A stretch of 64,000 bases of DNA, taken from the NCBI RefSeq assembly GCF_021028975.2, contig NC_059426.1, positions 30,752,001 through 30,816,000 of the forward strand, written 5' to 3'. Below, piece after piece: positions 62,101-64,000 of the stretch (position 1 is the stretch's first letter; the number at the start of each line of letters is the position of its first letter). The notes beneath the pieces are model-generated. The model did no database searches, had not been told where the DNA came from, and saw nothing but the letters and a program-made list of their open reading frames with translations. The position numbers and the translations under genes are program-made. This stretch comes from Sphaerodactylus townsendi (taxonomy: Eukaryota).

Positions 62101-62822
62101 ACCCTAACCCAATCCCTGCCCTTCACTACTATTTAAAAATTTTGCAGAGAGGAACTCCAGTTAAGATCTCCAACATGCCATCTTATGGCATCCATAAACT
62201 GTTGAACCTATTCTACTATACTGTTGCCTATTTACCCACTTTGGAAAGATCAAGTTATTCAGTCTGTTCTGGATGTCATCACCCCAACTACATTTGGGCC
62301 ATCCTCAAATTCTGCTACTCCAGCATTCATTCCAGATCATTTCCAAAACAGATCCCACTCTTCCCTTCCACCCACTGTTAGAATGGATATAAGTAGAAAA
62401 AGACGGCTTTAGATTTTTTAACACCTTCAATTTAGTGTTAGTTTCTTACATTTCAGAATGCATATTTTCATACGCATATGATTTGCACGGTCCTCACTGC
62501 ACATTCCCCTTCCCCCATAGTTAACTTTTTTCAGGAGTTCAGAATCCAGTACACCAGCAAAGCCCATTTCATAAAGGAACTCACATTGAGCCAAAGAGAA
62601 ACAGAGAATAAGAAAACTCCAATGTCAGGTACAAATCTAGTGGATGTTACAAATTGTCTGAAGAGGTGAGACAATACCTGCACCTAGAGCAACCCCCCTC
62701 TGCCTTCCCACAGCACTCCATAGCTCTGAAAGCAATAAGTTGCGTTTACTCTTCCCTCCCTCAAAACGAGTCTGTTATTCCAACCACTTCTTAGCATTGG
62801 CATCTCCTTTGCAACTCTCTGC

Positions 62823-62976
62823 GGCCCCTTCCGCACATGCAGAATCACGCACTTTCTCAATCCACTTTCACAATTGTTTGAAAGTGGGTTTTTGCTGTTC
62901 CGCACAGTAAAATCCCGCTTCAAAGTGCACCGAAAGCGGATTGAAAATGAATTGTGCTGCATGCGCGGAAGGGGCC
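62823..62976. mobile_element. Palindromic MITE (PIF/Harbinger-like), best-preserved copy
   Basis: TIR ggccccttccgcacatgcag / ctgcatgcgcggaaggggcc with 3-bp TSD tgc. Other copies at about 7786-7925, 8050-8180, 41836-41970 and 53662-53795. Confidence 0.8.
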
Positions 62977-63129
62977 TGCTACGCTGCTATTAAAGCCACA
63001 TTCCTCCTTCTCCCCCCCCCCCGCTTCCCAGTTGCAGAGATGCCCCTTCCCACCCTAAAAACAAGACAAGCCTTGCAAAGCACGCAGACAGACGACAGCG
63101 AAATTAAAAGCACCATTTAAACAAAGGAG

Positions 63130-63800
63130 GGTCCCTCCTCGCCCGCCCGATGCCTCCTGCAAAAATACTGCAAAAAAAATCAGAACAGACCTCCTCCACC
63201 CCCCGCGTTCAGGGCCTGATATTTCTCATCTCCTCCAGCCCCTCTCGGCCAAGAAGCCGCTGCTCTCCCCCCTCTCTTCCCCCCCTAGACTTGTTGGGAG
63301 AGGGCGACGTGCCCTTCAGAGGAGCCCTCGCCTCCTTTTGGGGAGCCCGACCACGGGACCAGGCCGCCGCCTCCCCCCAAGTCAGCGTGAGGCAGATTCA
63401 AACTGAAAGGGAGCAAACTGCTAAAACCCTTCCCGCCTCACCACAGCCCGAGAGAGGGTCCCTCCCCCCACGTCCCCCCCCCCTTAAATGTGTGGGGCCA
63501 GCAACCCCCGGGACCCCCTCACGGAGCGGCCAGGCTCGGCACTCACCCGCCGGGCCCGAACTCTCCCTGCCTCCCTCCCGCCGCGCTCTTCACCACCTCG
63601 CCGCCGCCGCCATGTTAGGATCTGGTGCAGGAGGGACTGCGTCAGTGGAGGAGGGGAGGAAGCGGGAAACCCGAAGCGGGGAGAGGCTGGCGAAGCGGGG
63701 ATGGATGGAGTAGACCAGGGCTCGGCTGAGGGACAGCCGGAGGGGTCCTGAGGCTGCAAATGTGAAGGGAAGGGGCTCGATCTCGTGTCACCACCGGGCC
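63130..63800 (-). promoter_or_regulatory. PPIG: PPIG CpG-island promoter and non-coding exon 1 (donor CGG|gtgagt at 63547)
   Basis: GC/CpG-rich, consensus donor, and a YY1-type motif AACATGGCGGC at about 63606-63616 on the minus strand. Confidence 0.8.
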
Positions 63801-64000
63801 GCTTCTCATAAGCCTCAGTCTTGCAAATGATGCAAGAATCAGAGGATGGTGCAAAAATCCAAAGTCCAAAGGGATGCACTCATTCCCCACAATATATGCA
63901 GGTTAGTTCTGTATGGGGGATTTTTTGGGGGGTGGGGGGGAGCAAAATTTGCTTGCTCTGCCCATGAAACCTGTGATCCAGGGGCAGAGCAAGCTTGATG

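Noticed and set aside
60400-62400. Coding-like composition in PPIG intron 1
   Set aside because: No long ORF and no identifiable domain. Probably a degraded retroelement that cannot be assigned without a search.
1-64000. CRISPR arrays, prokaryotic operons or viral insertions
   Set aside because: None seen. The repeats are dispersed eukaryotic transposable elements and the genes are intron-containing vertebrate orthologues.

Overview
Vertebrate nuclear DNA, almost certainly a squamate and probably a gecko (judged from the SINE, Penelope and MITE repertoire). It carries the conserved syntenic block KLHL23(-) / PHOSPHO2(-) / CFAP210=CCDC173(+) / PPIG(-), known from human 2q31.1. Exons were mapped by hand from GT-AG boundaries, phase consistency and recalled similarity to the human proteins. 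KLHL23 has two coding exons here, with the last exon left of the window. PHOSPHO2 is a single coding exon (241 aa). CFAP210 has 9 exons (569 aa) and PPIG has 12 coding exons (755 aa). PHOSPHO2 and CFAP210 share a CpG-rich divergent promoter with an RFX X-box. Introns contain many tRNA- and 5S-headed SINEs, hAT/Harbinger/Tigger MITEs with verifiable target-site duplications, CR1 and Penelope-like fragments. The most notable items are: (1) an intact minimal type-I hammerhead ribozyme core, sense to PPIG, closed by a 43-bp near-perfect hairpin; (2) several unannotated-looking poison or alternative exons in that same PPIG intron, at the junction of the cyclophilin domain and the RS region; (3) a small upstream exon ending in AUG that would extend PHOSPHO2 in frame but form an AUG-UGA start-stop overlapping the KLHL23 start if spliced to KLHL23. 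No database searches were run, so identities rest on recalled sequence knowledge.
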